From the NCBI GenBank assembly GCA_036002345.1, contig DASYTM010000034.1, forward strand, positions 1-60,144: a stretch of 60,144 nucleotides of DNA. The letters are read 5' to 3'. Positions 45,544 through 53,831 of the stretch are shown here, one piece after another. This stretch comes from Candidatus Methylomirabilota bacterium (GTDB lineage Bacteria; Methylomirabilota; Methylomirabilia; Rokubacteriales; CSP1-6). The notes beneath the pieces were generated by a model. The model ran no database searches. It was not told where the DNA came from and saw nothing but the letters and a program-made list of their open reading frames with translations. Position 1 is the stretch's first letter, and each line of letters starts with the position of its first letter. The translations under genes were made by a program, and so were the position numbers.

Positions 45544-46062
45544 CTAGAAGAAAAACGTCAGGTTCTTGGCGAGGAGCACGCTCTGGTCGAGCACGATCTT
45601 GCGCCGCGCGATCTTGAACGACCCGTTCTCCCGGCGCAAGAGGTCTTCCCGCTTGCCGACGAGGAAGTCCGTCTCGGTCTCCACGCGATTGCGATACACG
45701 AGGAACCGGCTCTTGACCTCGATCTCGGTCGGCGTCGACCGGAGTACCTGCACGTTGGAGATCATGTGGCAGATCCGCGAGGGCGGCTCCTCGGCCCAGT
45801 GGACGCCGGTGAGGATCTGCTGCACGCGCCGGCCGAGGGTGTCCTTGCCCTCGTCGAACCAGTTGACGTCGCTGCCCTCGCGCGTGAACTCGCGCTCGAT
45901 CTCGTCGTGCGGGACGTTGCGGCGCAGCGGCATAAAGTACCGCGCATCGTCGGTGAAGAGCGCGAGCCAGTCTTCATAGCGGCGCTCGTCGAGAAGCTCG
46001 GCCTCCCGGTAGAGAAACTCCTGGACCTCGTGCTGGACGAGCAGCCGGTCGAGGTCGGTCAC
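45544..46062 (-). CDS. Aromatic-ring-hydroxylating dioxygenase beta subunit
   Basis: 172 aa from the GTG at 46062, in a GTGA overlap with the alpha-subunit stop. The EFLYREAELLDERRYEDWLALFTDDARYFMP SnoaL-like fold is typical of RHO beta subunits. Confidence 0.85.
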   Translation of the reverse strand: MTDLDRLLVQHEVQEFLYREAELLDERRYEDWLALFTDDARYFMPLRRNVPHDEIEREFTREGSDVNWFDEGKDTLGRRVQQILTGVHWAEEPPSRICHMISNVQVLRSTPTEIEVKSRFLVYRNRVETETDFLVGKREDLLRRENGSFKIARRKIVLDQSVLLAKNLTFFF

Positions 46063-47384
46063 GTCAGGTCCTTCCAGGAGCCGGCCTCCATGAACTGGCG
46101 CCAGCGCCGGTAGAAGCCGCGCTGGTTGTGCTCGCTGGCGGTGGCGGCCGTCACGTCGGTGATCGCGCCGGGCAGTTTCAGGCCGTGGTCCTCGAACGCG
46201 CGCGTCGAGCGGCCGAGCCCCATCTCGTAGTTGTAGGGGTACTGGCGCGCGATGGTGCCGCGGCTGGCCTTGTGCGCGTAGTTCCAGTTCTCCATGTCGT
46301 CCTGCTCGGTCAGCCCCGACGGCCCCGAGTAGCGGATGTAGTAGTGGCGCAGGAAGTCCTTCACCTCCGCGGGCGCGTCGGCGTCCACGAAGTACCAGCG
46401 CCAGACCTCCGTCTGGTGCGGGCCGCGCGGGTGCCACACGGCCAGCGTGCGCGGCTGCCGCGCGAGCGGCGACGTGTTGGGGAACATCGTCCCCGGCCCG
46501 CCGAAGAGCCGCCAGTACTCGCCGCGCCGGCGCTTGCGTTCTTCTTCGCAGCGGCGGAAGTAGTCCGCGGCGACGGGCGCGTCCTGGTAGGCGGGCATGA
46601 GCGGCGAGTCGTGCGCTCGCAGGAACGCGATCATCGAGTGGCCCAGCTCGGGGAACGACACGTCGAGCCAGCGCGCCTGGTTGCGCTCGCCCATGTCGCG
46701 GCGGCCCTTGCCGCTCGGCCCGATGCCCACCATGTCCACCGAGCGGTGGCTCACCCCGTGATAGCGGTCGCCCGAGAAGTTCTCGGCGGGGAACTTCCAG
46801 TTGCACGGGATCAGCCACTTGTGAACGCCACCGATCGCCTCCGTGCCGCCCTCGCGCCCGTCCCACGCATCCAGTAAAAGGTCGAGGTAGAGCTTGTAAC
46901 CGCCGACGTACTCGAGGAACGACGGCGCGTCAGCCGCCCACGTCGCCCAGATCGAGCCCTTGTAATTGGTCATCTGCGCGACGTGAATCAGACCCCACTT
47001 CGATTTGTCGAGCCCCTCGCCGTATGCGTCCTTGGCGAACGGAACGCCAACCAGCGTGCCGTCCGTGGCGTAGGACCAGCCGTGGTACGAGCACATGAAC
47101 TCGGCGGTGTTGCCCTCGTCGTAGCGGCAGACCTTCATCCCGCGGTGCCGGCACGAGTTCAGGAACACGTGGAGCTTCGCGTCCCGGTCGCGGCAGAGGA
47201 TCACCGACTCCTCGCCCATGGACGAGACGACGAAGTCGCCGGGCTTGGGGACCTGGCTCTCGTGGCCGACGAAGAGCCACGCCCGCGAGAAGACCTGCTC
47301 CTGCTCCTGCCGGTAGATCTCCTCGTTGACGAAGATCTCGCGGCTGATGATCCCCTTATCGACGTCGACGAGGTCGCGGATCAT
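46059..47384 (-). CDS. Aromatic-ring-hydroxylating dioxygenase alpha subunit (Rieske)
   Basis: 441 aa. CRHRGMKVC...CSYHGWSY Rieske motif and a catalytic-domain His/Asp region (ENFSGDRYHGVSH). GGAGG SD. Confidence 0.9.
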   Translation of the reverse strand: MIRDLVDVDKGIISREIFVNEEIYRQEQEQVFSRAWLFVGHESQVPKPGDFVVSSMGEESVILCRDRDAKLHVFLNSCRHRGMKVCRYDEGNTAEFMCSYHGWSYATDGTLVGVPFAKDAYGEGLDKSKWGLIHVAQMTNYKGSIWATWAADAPSFLEYVGGYKLYLDLLLDAWDGREGGTEAIGGVHKWLIPCNWKFPAENFSGDRYHGVSHRSVDMVGIGPSGKGRRDMGERNQARWLDVSFPELGHSMIAFLRAHDSPLMPAYQDAPVAADYFRRCEEERKRRRGEYWRLFGGPGTMFPNTSPLARQPRTLAVWHPRGPHQTEVWRWYFVDADAPAEVKDFLRHYYIRYSGPSGLTEQDDMENWNYAHKASRGTIARQYPYNYEMGLGRSTRAFEDHGLKLPGAITDVTAATASEHNQRGFYRRWRQFMEAGSWKDLT

Positions 47385-47417
47385 GGATCTAGCCTCCGGC
47401 GGCGATGCCGCGCGCAG

Positions 47418-47446
47418 ACCATACGCCGACCGGCGGTCGCGAGCAA
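47418..47446 (-). promoter_or_regulatory. Sigma70-like promoter TTGCTC-N17-TATGGT upstream of the dioxygenase alpha gene
   Basis: -35 at 47441-47446 and -10 at 47418-47423 (minus strand). The block CGGTCGGCG-TATnGTC-nn-CGCGC is conserved with 49437-49465. Confidence 0.45.
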
Positions 47447-47460
47447 ACGGGCGCCCGCGC

Positions 47461-48078
47461 TCAGGCGGTGGCCCCTCGATCCCGCAGCTTCATCAACCAC
47501 GCGTACGAGTTCAGTTGCATGAGCGCCACGGCGCTGAAGTAGAGGACGCCGGCCGCCATCACGCGCTGGGGCTCGTTGACCCACGTCCCCTCACCCGGGA
47601 GATGCTCCGCCTGGACGACAGCCTTCGTGATGCCGAGCTCGGGGACAGGGACGATGGTCGTCAAGACGCCCGCCAGCACGAAGGCCACGAATCCCGACAC
47701 CCAGGCCATCGTGACCAGCTCGTGCTCGCGTCCCGGCGACCCCTGGCCGAGCAGCGTCGGGAGCAGTCGATTGACGGTCAGTAGCCAGAAGGCCATCAGA
47801 GGCCACCACGTCCCGAACGCGATCGCGAGGCCGCCGGCGAACAGGGTGGCGAACAAGCAGAACCCGCCGATCCTCGTCACCTTCTTCGTGACGTCGGCCT
47901 CGGTCGTCATGATCGTCGCGATCAATCCGGACGTGTGCACGTTGATGAACTCCAGCACCATCAACAACATGAGGCTGGAAATCATCCCGGGCCCGAATCT
48001 CGACGGCTCGATCCAGGTGAGGAGGAACGTCCCGGCCAGGACGATGTTGGGAAAGGCGGAGACGACCGCCTTTACCAC
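47461..48078 (-). CDS. Uncharacterised 6-TM membrane protein, paralogue 2 of 3
   Basis: 205 aa. GTG start overlapping the UbiD stop by 7 nt. Opening VKAVVSAFPNIVLAGTF, then LEFINVHTSGL, FGTWWPLMAFWLLTVNRLLPTLL and LPGEGTWVNEPQR. Confidence 0.75.
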   Translation of the reverse strand: MVKAVVSAFPNIVLAGTFLLTWIEPSRFGPGMISSLMLLMVLEFINVHTSGLIATIMTTEADVTKKVTRIGGFCLFATLFAGGLAIAFGTWWPLMAFWLLTVNRLLPTLLGQGSPGREHELVTMAWVSGFVAFVLAGVLTTIVPVPELGITKAVVQAEHLPGEGTWVNEPQRVMAAGVLYFSAVALMQLNSYAWLMKLRDRGATA

Positions 48079-49415
48079 GACACCTCATCGGCGCCCGGCA
48101 CGATGACGCGGTTGTAGCGCTCGCGCGACTCGCCGAGCGGCACCGTGCAGTCGAAGCCCATCTTCGACGAGTGCCGGTGCACGGGCGCGGATGGATCGAG
48201 CGGCGCCCCGATCATGGCCGGGAAGATCATCACGTCGTCGCTCGGCTGGCAGCGCGTGTAGATGGCCCACAGCACCTGGTCGATGTTCCGCACGTCCACG
48301 TCGGGATCGACGACGATGCAGTACTTCGCCTGCGGCGCGCCCGCCGTGGGGCCGAGCACGCTCAGGATGACGTTGCGCGCCTCGTACGCGAGCCGCTTCT
48401 TGATGGCCACCACGGCGATGTAATAGGGGCCGATGGCGTGCACGTCCACGACCTCCGGGCAGGCCAGCTGCGCCATCCGCTTGATCGACTCGCAGATCGC
48501 CGGCCACGCCTGCACGTGATTGTCCGTCGTCGGCATCCCCGTGAGCGCCGTCTGGTACATCACGTCGCGGCGCATGGTGATGGCGGTCACCTCGAAGACG
48601 TGGCGGTTGCCGAGCAGGCCGTACGTGCCCGCCACCTCGCCGAACGGGCCTTCGGGCTCGCGCGCCTTGGGCACGAACTCGCCCTCGATGACGATCTCGG
48701 CATCGGCGGGCACGTCGGCGTCCACGGTCTTGCAGGGCACCAGCTCGATGGGGCGGCCGGCCAGCGCGCCCGCCACGCCGAGCTTCTCCTGCGCGTGCGG
48801 GATCTTCGCCTGCGAGCCGAGATCGACGAACGGCCCGACGCCGAGCGCGACGGCCGCGCCCCAGCGCTCGCCCTTGTCCTCGGCCTTGAGGTACGCGCGG
48901 CCCACGCGGCGCTCGGCCGGCATGTTCACGCCGAACACGCGCGGCCCCTTGAGCTGCATGCGCTGCAGCCCCACGGCCAGCGTGCCCGTCTGGGGATCGC
49001 GCCCGAACATGACACCGGCCGTGAGATAGCGGCCCGCGTCGAGCTCGGAGTGCACGACGATCGGCAGCTGCGTGCAGTCGGCCTTGTCGCCCGTCAGCAC
49101 GACCTCCTGGCACGGGCCGCTTGTCACGCGCTTCGCCGCGATCGGCTTGCGCACGGCTTCGCCGTATCGGTCGACGAGTTCGTTGATGGGGCAGCCGAGC
49201 GCAATCGGCAGCCGCGCCATCGTCCCGTAGAGCCCGGCCGCCAGCTTCCAGCCGGGGTGACCGGTCACGTTGGTGAACACGAACGCCGGCCCGTTGGTGT
49301 CGGAGGACTTGCGGACGTACGCCGCGACCTCGAACTCCGGGCTGACGGGCTTGTCGACGCGGACGAGCTGGCCGGCGCGGTCGAGCGCGTCGAGATAGGC
49401 GCGGAAGTCGGACAT
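48072..49415 (-). CDS. UbiD family (prenyl-FMN-dependent) decarboxylase
   Basis: About 447 aa. MSDFRAYLDALDRAGQLVRVDKPV opening and EPEGPFGEVAGTYG motif. GGAGG lies 4 nt before the ATG at 49415; the track's TTG at 49418 is too close to the SD. Confidence 0.9.
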   Translation of the reverse strand: MSDFRAYLDALDRAGQLVRVDKPVSPEFEVAAYVRKSSDTNGPAFVFTNVTGHPGWKLAAGLYGTMARLPIALGCPINELVDRYGEAVRKPIAAKRVTSGPCQEVVLTGDKADCTQLPIVVHSELDAGRYLTAGVMFGRDPQTGTLAVGLQRMQLKGPRVFGVNMPAERRVGRAYLKAEDKGERWGAAVALGVGPFVDLGSQAKIPHAQEKLGVAGALAGRPIELVPCKTVDADVPADAEIVIEGEFVPKAREPEGPFGEVAGTYGLLGNRHVFEVTAITMRRDVMYQTALTGMPTTDNHVQAWPAICESIKRMAQLACPEVVDVHAIGPYYIAVVAIKKRLAYEARNVILSVLGPTAGAPQAKYCIVVDPDVDVRNIDQVLWAIYTRCQPSDDVMIFPAMIGAPLDPSAPVHRHSSKMGFDCTVPLGESRERYNRVIVPGADEVSW

Positions 49416-49436
49416 CAACCCTCCTCGGGCGCGGTG

Positions 49437-49465
49437 ACGATAGCGCCGACCGCTGCCGCGCGCAA
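49437..49465 (-). promoter_or_regulatory. Sigma70-like promoter TTGCGC-N17-TATCGT upstream of the UbiD gene
   Basis: -35 at 49460-49465 and -10 at 49437-49442 (minus strand). Homologous to the block at 47418-47446. Confidence 0.45.
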
Positions 49466-49479
49466 ATCCACCGCCCGGT

Positions 49480-50097
49480 TCAGGCGCCGGCCCCCGCGCC
49501 CCGCTCGTCCTCGACGATCTTCCCCACCCAGCGGTGCGTGCTCAGCTGCAGGGCCGCAACAGCCGTGAAATAGAGGAAGCCGAAGGCGAGCGCCCGGTGT
49601 GGCTCGTCGATCCAGAGCCCGGAGCCGGAACCACCCGCCGCGCCCCGCGTGGTCCCGAAGCGAGGAAGCGGTAGCAGGGTGGTCGCGCAGACGAAGAACA
49701 GGTAGAACGCGCATCCCGCGACCCATGAGACCGTGACGATGTACCGCTCCTGCCCTGTCGGGGCCTGGCGGAGCAGCGTCGGGAGCAGACGGTTCAGCGT
49801 CAACAGCCAGAAGGCCGTCAGCGGCCACCACGTCTTGAAGGCCAGGGCCATGCCGACGACGAACAGCGTGTAGAGGGCGCCGAGCCCGAGGATCAACTTC
49901 ACTTTCTTCGTCGTGTCGGCGGCGCCCGTGAGCACGATCCCCATGAGCCCCGCCGAGTGGACGTTGATGAACTCGAGGAGCATCAGCAGCGTCAGGGACG
50001 AGACCATCCCCGGGCCCAGCGTCGATGGCGCGATCCACGTGATCAGGAACGCCAGGGCGAGGACGACGTCGGGAAAGGCGGCAACGACCGCCTTCAC
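49480..50097 (-). CDS. Uncharacterised 6-TM membrane protein, paralogue 3 of 3
   Basis: 205 aa from the GTG at 50097, in a GTGA overlap with the E2 stop. Opening VKAVVAAFPDVVLALAF, then LEFINVHSAGL, FKTWWPLTAFWLLTLNRLLPTLL and GLWIDEPHR. Confidence 0.75.
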   Translation of the reverse strand: MKAVVAAFPDVVLALAFLITWIAPSTLGPGMVSSLTLLMLLEFINVHSAGLMGIVLTGAADTTKKVKLILGLGALYTLFVVGMALAFKTWWPLTAFWLLTLNRLLPTLLRQAPTGQERYIVTVSWVAGCAFYLFFVCATTLLPLPRFGTTRGAAGGSGSGLWIDEPHRALAFGFLYFTAVAALQLSTHRWVGKIVEDERGAGAGA

Positions 50098-51404
50098 ACC
50101 AGCAGGGCCAGCGGCTCCTCGATCAGGTCGGCGAGGGCGCCCAGGAATTGCGCGCCGCGCGCGCCGTCGAGGGCACGGTGGTCGCACGAGAGCGTCAGCA
50201 CCATCGTCGGCTGGACGGCGGGCTGGCCGTTGACGGGTACGACGCGATCCGCGATGCGGCCGACGGCAAGAATCGCGGCCTGCGGCGGATTGACGATGGC
50301 GCTGAACGCGTCCACGCCGAACATGCCGAGGTTGCTGATCGTGAACGTCCCGCCCTGGATGTCGGCGGGCCTCAGCTTCCCGGCCTGGGCGCGCGCGGTG
50401 AGATCCTGCCGGCGCTCGGCGAGCTGGGCGAGCGCGAGCGTGTCGGCGCGGTGGATCACGGGCACGACGAGCCCGGCGTCGAGGGCCACGGCGAGGCCGA
50501 CGTTGATCTCGGGATGCTGGACGAGCCCGCCGTCCTTCCACGAGACGTTCACGCGCGGGTGCTGGGCGATGGCGGCGGCGACCAGGCGAACGAGCAAATC
50601 CGTGTAGGTGACGTGGGCGCCCGTCTGGCTGCGGGCCTTCTCGAGCCACGACTTCAGGCGGCTGACGTTGACCTCGCGGACCAGGAAGAAGTGCGGCACC
50701 GTCGTCCACGACGACGTCATGCGCTCGGCCATGATGCGCCAGACGTTGCTCACGCCCTGGGCACCGGCCATCTCGCCGACGGCGATCGCCGTCGGCGCCA
50801 GCGCCGGGACGTCCGCGGCGAGCACCGCGCCGCCCGGGCCGGAGCCGCTCAGCCGTCCAAGATCCACCCCGCGCTCGGCGGCGAGCCGGCGCGCTTTCGG
50901 CGATGCCGCGGTGAGCCGCGCGGCCGCCGCGGCCGCGGCGGCGGGCGCCGAAGCCGCGGCGGCGCCGTTGCCGGCCTTCCGGCTCTCGACGAACGCCATG
51001 ACGTCGGCTTTCTCGATCTTCCCGCTCGGCGTCGTGATGCGCGCGAGATCGACGCCGTGCTGCTCGGCGAGCTTGCGCGCGAGCGGCGACGCCTTCACCC
51101 CACCGCCGCCGGAAGCCGCGGCCGCAGGCGGCGCAGCCACGGGCGCCGCCGACCCGCCAGTCTCCCCGGCCGCGTAGATCAGCGCGATCGTCTGGCCGAC
51201 CGGCACCACGTCGCCGACGCGCGCGGTGACGTCGCGCAGCACGCCGGAGGCCGGCGCCTCGACTTCGACTGTCACCTTGTCGGTCTCGATCTCCACGATG
51301 GGCTCGCCCTTGGCGACGGCGTCGCCCGGCGCCTTCAGCCACTTCAAGACCTTGCCGGTCTCCTGCGCCAGCTCGAGCGCGGGCATGATGACGTTGGTCG
51401 CCAT
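50094..51404 (-). CDS. 2-oxoacid dehydrogenase E2 (dihydrolipoyl acyltransferase)
   Basis: 436 aa. Lipoyl domain (IVEIETDKVTVEVEAP), two peripheral-subunit-binding domains (ASPLARKLAEQHGVDL..., ASPKARRLAAERGVDL...), and a catalytic domain with SCDHRALDG. Confidence 0.9.
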   Translation of the reverse strand: MATNVIMPALELAQETGKVLKWLKAPGDAVAKGEPIVEIETDKVTVEVEAPASGVLRDVTARVGDVVPVGQTIALIYAAGETGGSAAPVAAPPAAAASGGGGVKASPLARKLAEQHGVDLARITTPSGKIEKADVMAFVESRKAGNGAAAASAPAAAAAAAARLTAASPKARRLAAERGVDLGRLSGSGPGGAVLAADVPALAPTAIAVGEMAGAQGVSNVWRIMAERMTSSWTTVPHFFLVREVNVSRLKSWLEKARSQTGAHVTYTDLLVRLVAAAIAQHPRVNVSWKDGGLVQHPEINVGLAVALDAGLVVPVIHRADTLALAQLAERRQDLTARAQAGKLRPADIQGGTFTISNLGMFGVDAFSAIVNPPQAAILAVGRIADRVVPVNGQPAVQPTMVLTLSCDHRALDGARGAQFLGALADLIEEPLALLV

Positions 51405-51408
51405 CGCG

Positions 51409-52458
51409 CTACCCCGGCAGTCCCGTGAAGACCTCGCGCGCCACCTTCAAAGCCCGCTCGATCCCCGCGGCATCCACGTCGAGGTGGGTGACGGCGCGGA
51501 TGGTGTGCGGCCCCAGCGCGCCCATGCGTACGCCGTGGGCGAGCAGGTGCTCGACGGCTTCCGCGGCGTTCGCGACGGTCTCGAAGAAGACGATGTTGGT
51601 CTCGACGGTCGCCGGATCCACGCGAACCCCGGGCAACGACGCCAGCCCCTCGGCCAGCCGCCGCGCATTCAGATGATCGTCGGCCAGGCGCTTCACGTGA
51701 TGGCGGAGCGCGTACACGCCGCCGGCGGCGATGATGCCGGCCTGCCGCATGGCGCCGCCCATCTGCTGCTTGTAGCGCCACGCCTCGTCGATGAAGGCGC
51801 GCGAGCCGGCCATGGCCGCGCCGACGGGCGCGCCGAGTCCCTTGGTGAAGTCGATCCACACGGAGTCGAACGGCGCCGCCCAGTCGCGCGCGGCCACGCC
51901 GCTGGCGACCACGGCGTTCATGAGCCGCGCGCCGTCCATGTGCGTGGAGAGCCCGTGACGGCGCGCGACCGCGGTGACTTCCTTGACGCGCGCCAGGGGC
52001 CAGATCGAGCCGCCGCCGAGATTGCTCGTCTGCTCCACCCACAAGAGGCGGCTCCGCGGGAAGTGGCGGAATGCCGGGCGCACCGCGGCCTCGACGGCCG
52101 CCGCGTCGTACTGGCCGCGCGGCCCGTCGATCCCGCGCATGTTGACGCCGGCGAGCGCGCCGGGTCCGCCGGTCTCGAAGTGGATCGGGTGCGCCGTCGC
52201 GTGGGCAATGACCTCCTCGCCGGGCCGGGCGTGCACGCGGAGGGCGATCTCGTTGCACATGGTGCCCGAGGGCAGGAACACGGCGGCTTCCTTGCCGAGG
52301 AGCTCGGCCACCATCTCGCAGAGGAGATTGACGGTGGGGTCTTCCATCTTCTGCTCGTCCCCCACTTCCGCCTCGCTCATGAACCTGCGCATATCGGGAG
52401 TAGGCCGGGTGAGCGTGTCGCTATAAAGGTCGACGTCGATCCGTGGACCGCGGGTCAT
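51409..52458 (-). CDS. Low-specificity threonine aldolase/GntG-like PLP-dependent aldolase
   Basis: 349 aa from the ATG at 52458. DLYSDTLTRPT opening, GTMCNEIAL and DFTKGLGAP (PLP lysine). Confidence 0.85.
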   Translation of the reverse strand: MTRGPRIDVDLYSDTLTRPTPDMRRFMSEAEVGDEQKMEDPTVNLLCEMVAELLGKEAAVFLPSGTMCNEIALRVHARPGEEVIAHATAHPIHFETGGPGALAGVNMRGIDGPRGQYDAAAVEAAVRPAFRHFPRSRLLWVEQTSNLGGGSIWPLARVKEVTAVARRHGLSTHMDGARLMNAVVASGVAARDWAAPFDSVWIDFTKGLGAPVGAAMAGSRAFIDEAWRYKQQMGGAMRQAGIIAAGGVYALRHHVKRLADDHLNARRLAEGLASLPGVRVDPATVETNIVFFETVANAAEAVEHLLAHGVRMGALGPHTIRAVTHLDVDAAGIERALKVAREVFTGLPG

Positions 52459-52466
52459 GGCCAGAG

Positions 52467-52472
52467 AGTATA
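52467..52472 (-). promoter_or_regulatory. -10-like TATACT, 8 nt upstream of ATG 52458 (leaderless candidate)
   Basis: Minus strand reads GCTATACTCTCTGGCC-ATG. No SD. Confidence 0.4.
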
Positions 52473-52503
52473 GCCGTGACGCCAGGGGGTCAGGTGCCCT
52501 AGT

Positions 52504-53229
52504 ATGTGGCGCATGCTTCCACGTAAGGCTCTGATTGCTCTGCTCAGTGTCGTGCTCTGGGGTTGCGCCTCCTCGACTCCGACTCCGCCGCGGCCGGCCG
52601 CGCGCCCGTTCGACAACGTGAAGCGGATCGCCGTCGTCGTCAGCGGCGACAGCCGCTTCGCCGTGCTCGAGCACCGCGCCCAGCCCGGGAAGACGTTCGA
52701 CGAGGTGCTCGGCTGGGCGCCGTTCGGCTCGCTGCTCAAGCCCTTCGCGATGCTCGTGCACGAGGGCATCAACTGGCTCGTCGAGTCCGATCGCTCCAAG
52801 ACGACGGGCCGGCACGTCGAAGGCCTCTCGCCGCAGGCCGCCGTCAGCATCGCGTTCGCGGAGACCCTCGCCGCGAGCCAGCAGTTCCAGGAGGTCCAGA
52901 TGCCCGAGCGCGAGCCGGTGGGCGAGGAGCGGCGGCGTCTCGACGCCATCGTCCGCCTGTCGGTTCCCACGTGGGGCCTCGTGCGCGTGCGCGAGGGCGA
53001 TCCCGATCTCCTCTCCGGCTTCGCCGACGTGCGCGCCGAGCTCGTCGTGCGCGGCACCGGCGCCGCGGTGTGGGAGCGGCGGGAGGACGTCACCGATCCC
53101 GAGCGGCTGCCCCTGACGGCGTTCAAGAAGGACCCGGAGTTCACGCGGCACCACATGCTCGACGTGCTCACGCGCGCCGGCCAGCGCCTGGCCAACGAGC
53201 TCGTGTACGCGCGGAGCGCGGGCCGATGA
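52504..53229 (+). CDS. Lipoprotein of unknown function
   Basis: 241 aa. Lipobox VLWGCAS. No recognisable domain. Confidence 0.7.
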   Translation: MWRMLPRKALIALLSVVLWGCASSTPTPPRPAARPFDNVKRIAVVVSGDSRFAVLEHRAQPGKTFDEVLGWAPFGSLLKPFAMLVHEGINWLVESDRSKTTGRHVEGLSPQAAVSIAFAETLAASQQFQEVQMPEREPVGEERRRLDAIVRLSVPTWGLVRVREGDPDLLSGFADVRAELVVRGTGAAVWERREDVTDPERLPLTAFKKDPEFTRHHMLDVLTRAGQRLANELVYARSAGR

Positions 53230-53831
53230 GCGCGCGGCGGCTCGCGCTGCTCGTGACCCTCGCGGCGATGCTCGGCGGCTGCGCGGGCGCCTCGGGCCTC
53301 GCCGTGCGCTACCCCGAAGCCGGCGCCAATCGCGCGCTGCTCGCCTCGGTGACGAGCCGCCGCGTCGAGATCCGGCCCGTCGCCGACGCGCGCCTCGACA
53401 CCACCCGAATCGGGACGCGGCCGAAGGACGGCACGAACATCGTCACGGAGCGTCCGGTGGCCGACATCGTGGGTGAGGCGCTCGCCGTGGAGGTCGCGAA
53501 GAACGGTCACACGGTGGCCGTCGCGCCCAGCGAGGTCGTCCTGGCCACCGACGTCGAGGAGTTCTGGCTCGACACGGTTCGCGGCTACGGGAGCACGCAG
53601 TACGTCGGCAAGGTCGCGTTCAGCGTGACGGTGCTGGACGGGCGCACCGGCGACCGGCTCGCCACCCGTCGCTACGTGGGCATCAAGCGGCGGCAGGTCG
53701 ACACCGCCTCCGACGACGTCGCCCGCGAGGTGATGGACGCCGCGCTCGCGCGCAGCATGCGCGACCTGGCCACGGACCCGGCGTTCGTCAACGCCTTCGC
53801 CGGCGTGACGACGGCCGCGGCCCCGCGCTAG
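53226..53831 (+). CDS. Lipoprotein of unknown function (possibly YajG-like)
   Basis: 201 aa from the ATG at 53226, in an ATGA overlap with the previous gene. Lipobox MLGGCAG. The family assignment is tentative. Confidence 0.65.
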   Translation: MSARRLALLVTLAAMLGGCAGASGLAVRYPEAGANRALLASVTSRRVEIRPVADARLDTTRIGTRPKDGTNIVTERPVADIVGEALAVEVAKNGHTVAVAPSEVVLATDVEEFWLDTVRGYGSTQYVGKVAFSVTVLDGRTGDRLATRRYVGIKRRQVDTASDDVAREVMDAALARSMRDLATDPAFVNAFAGVTTAAAPR

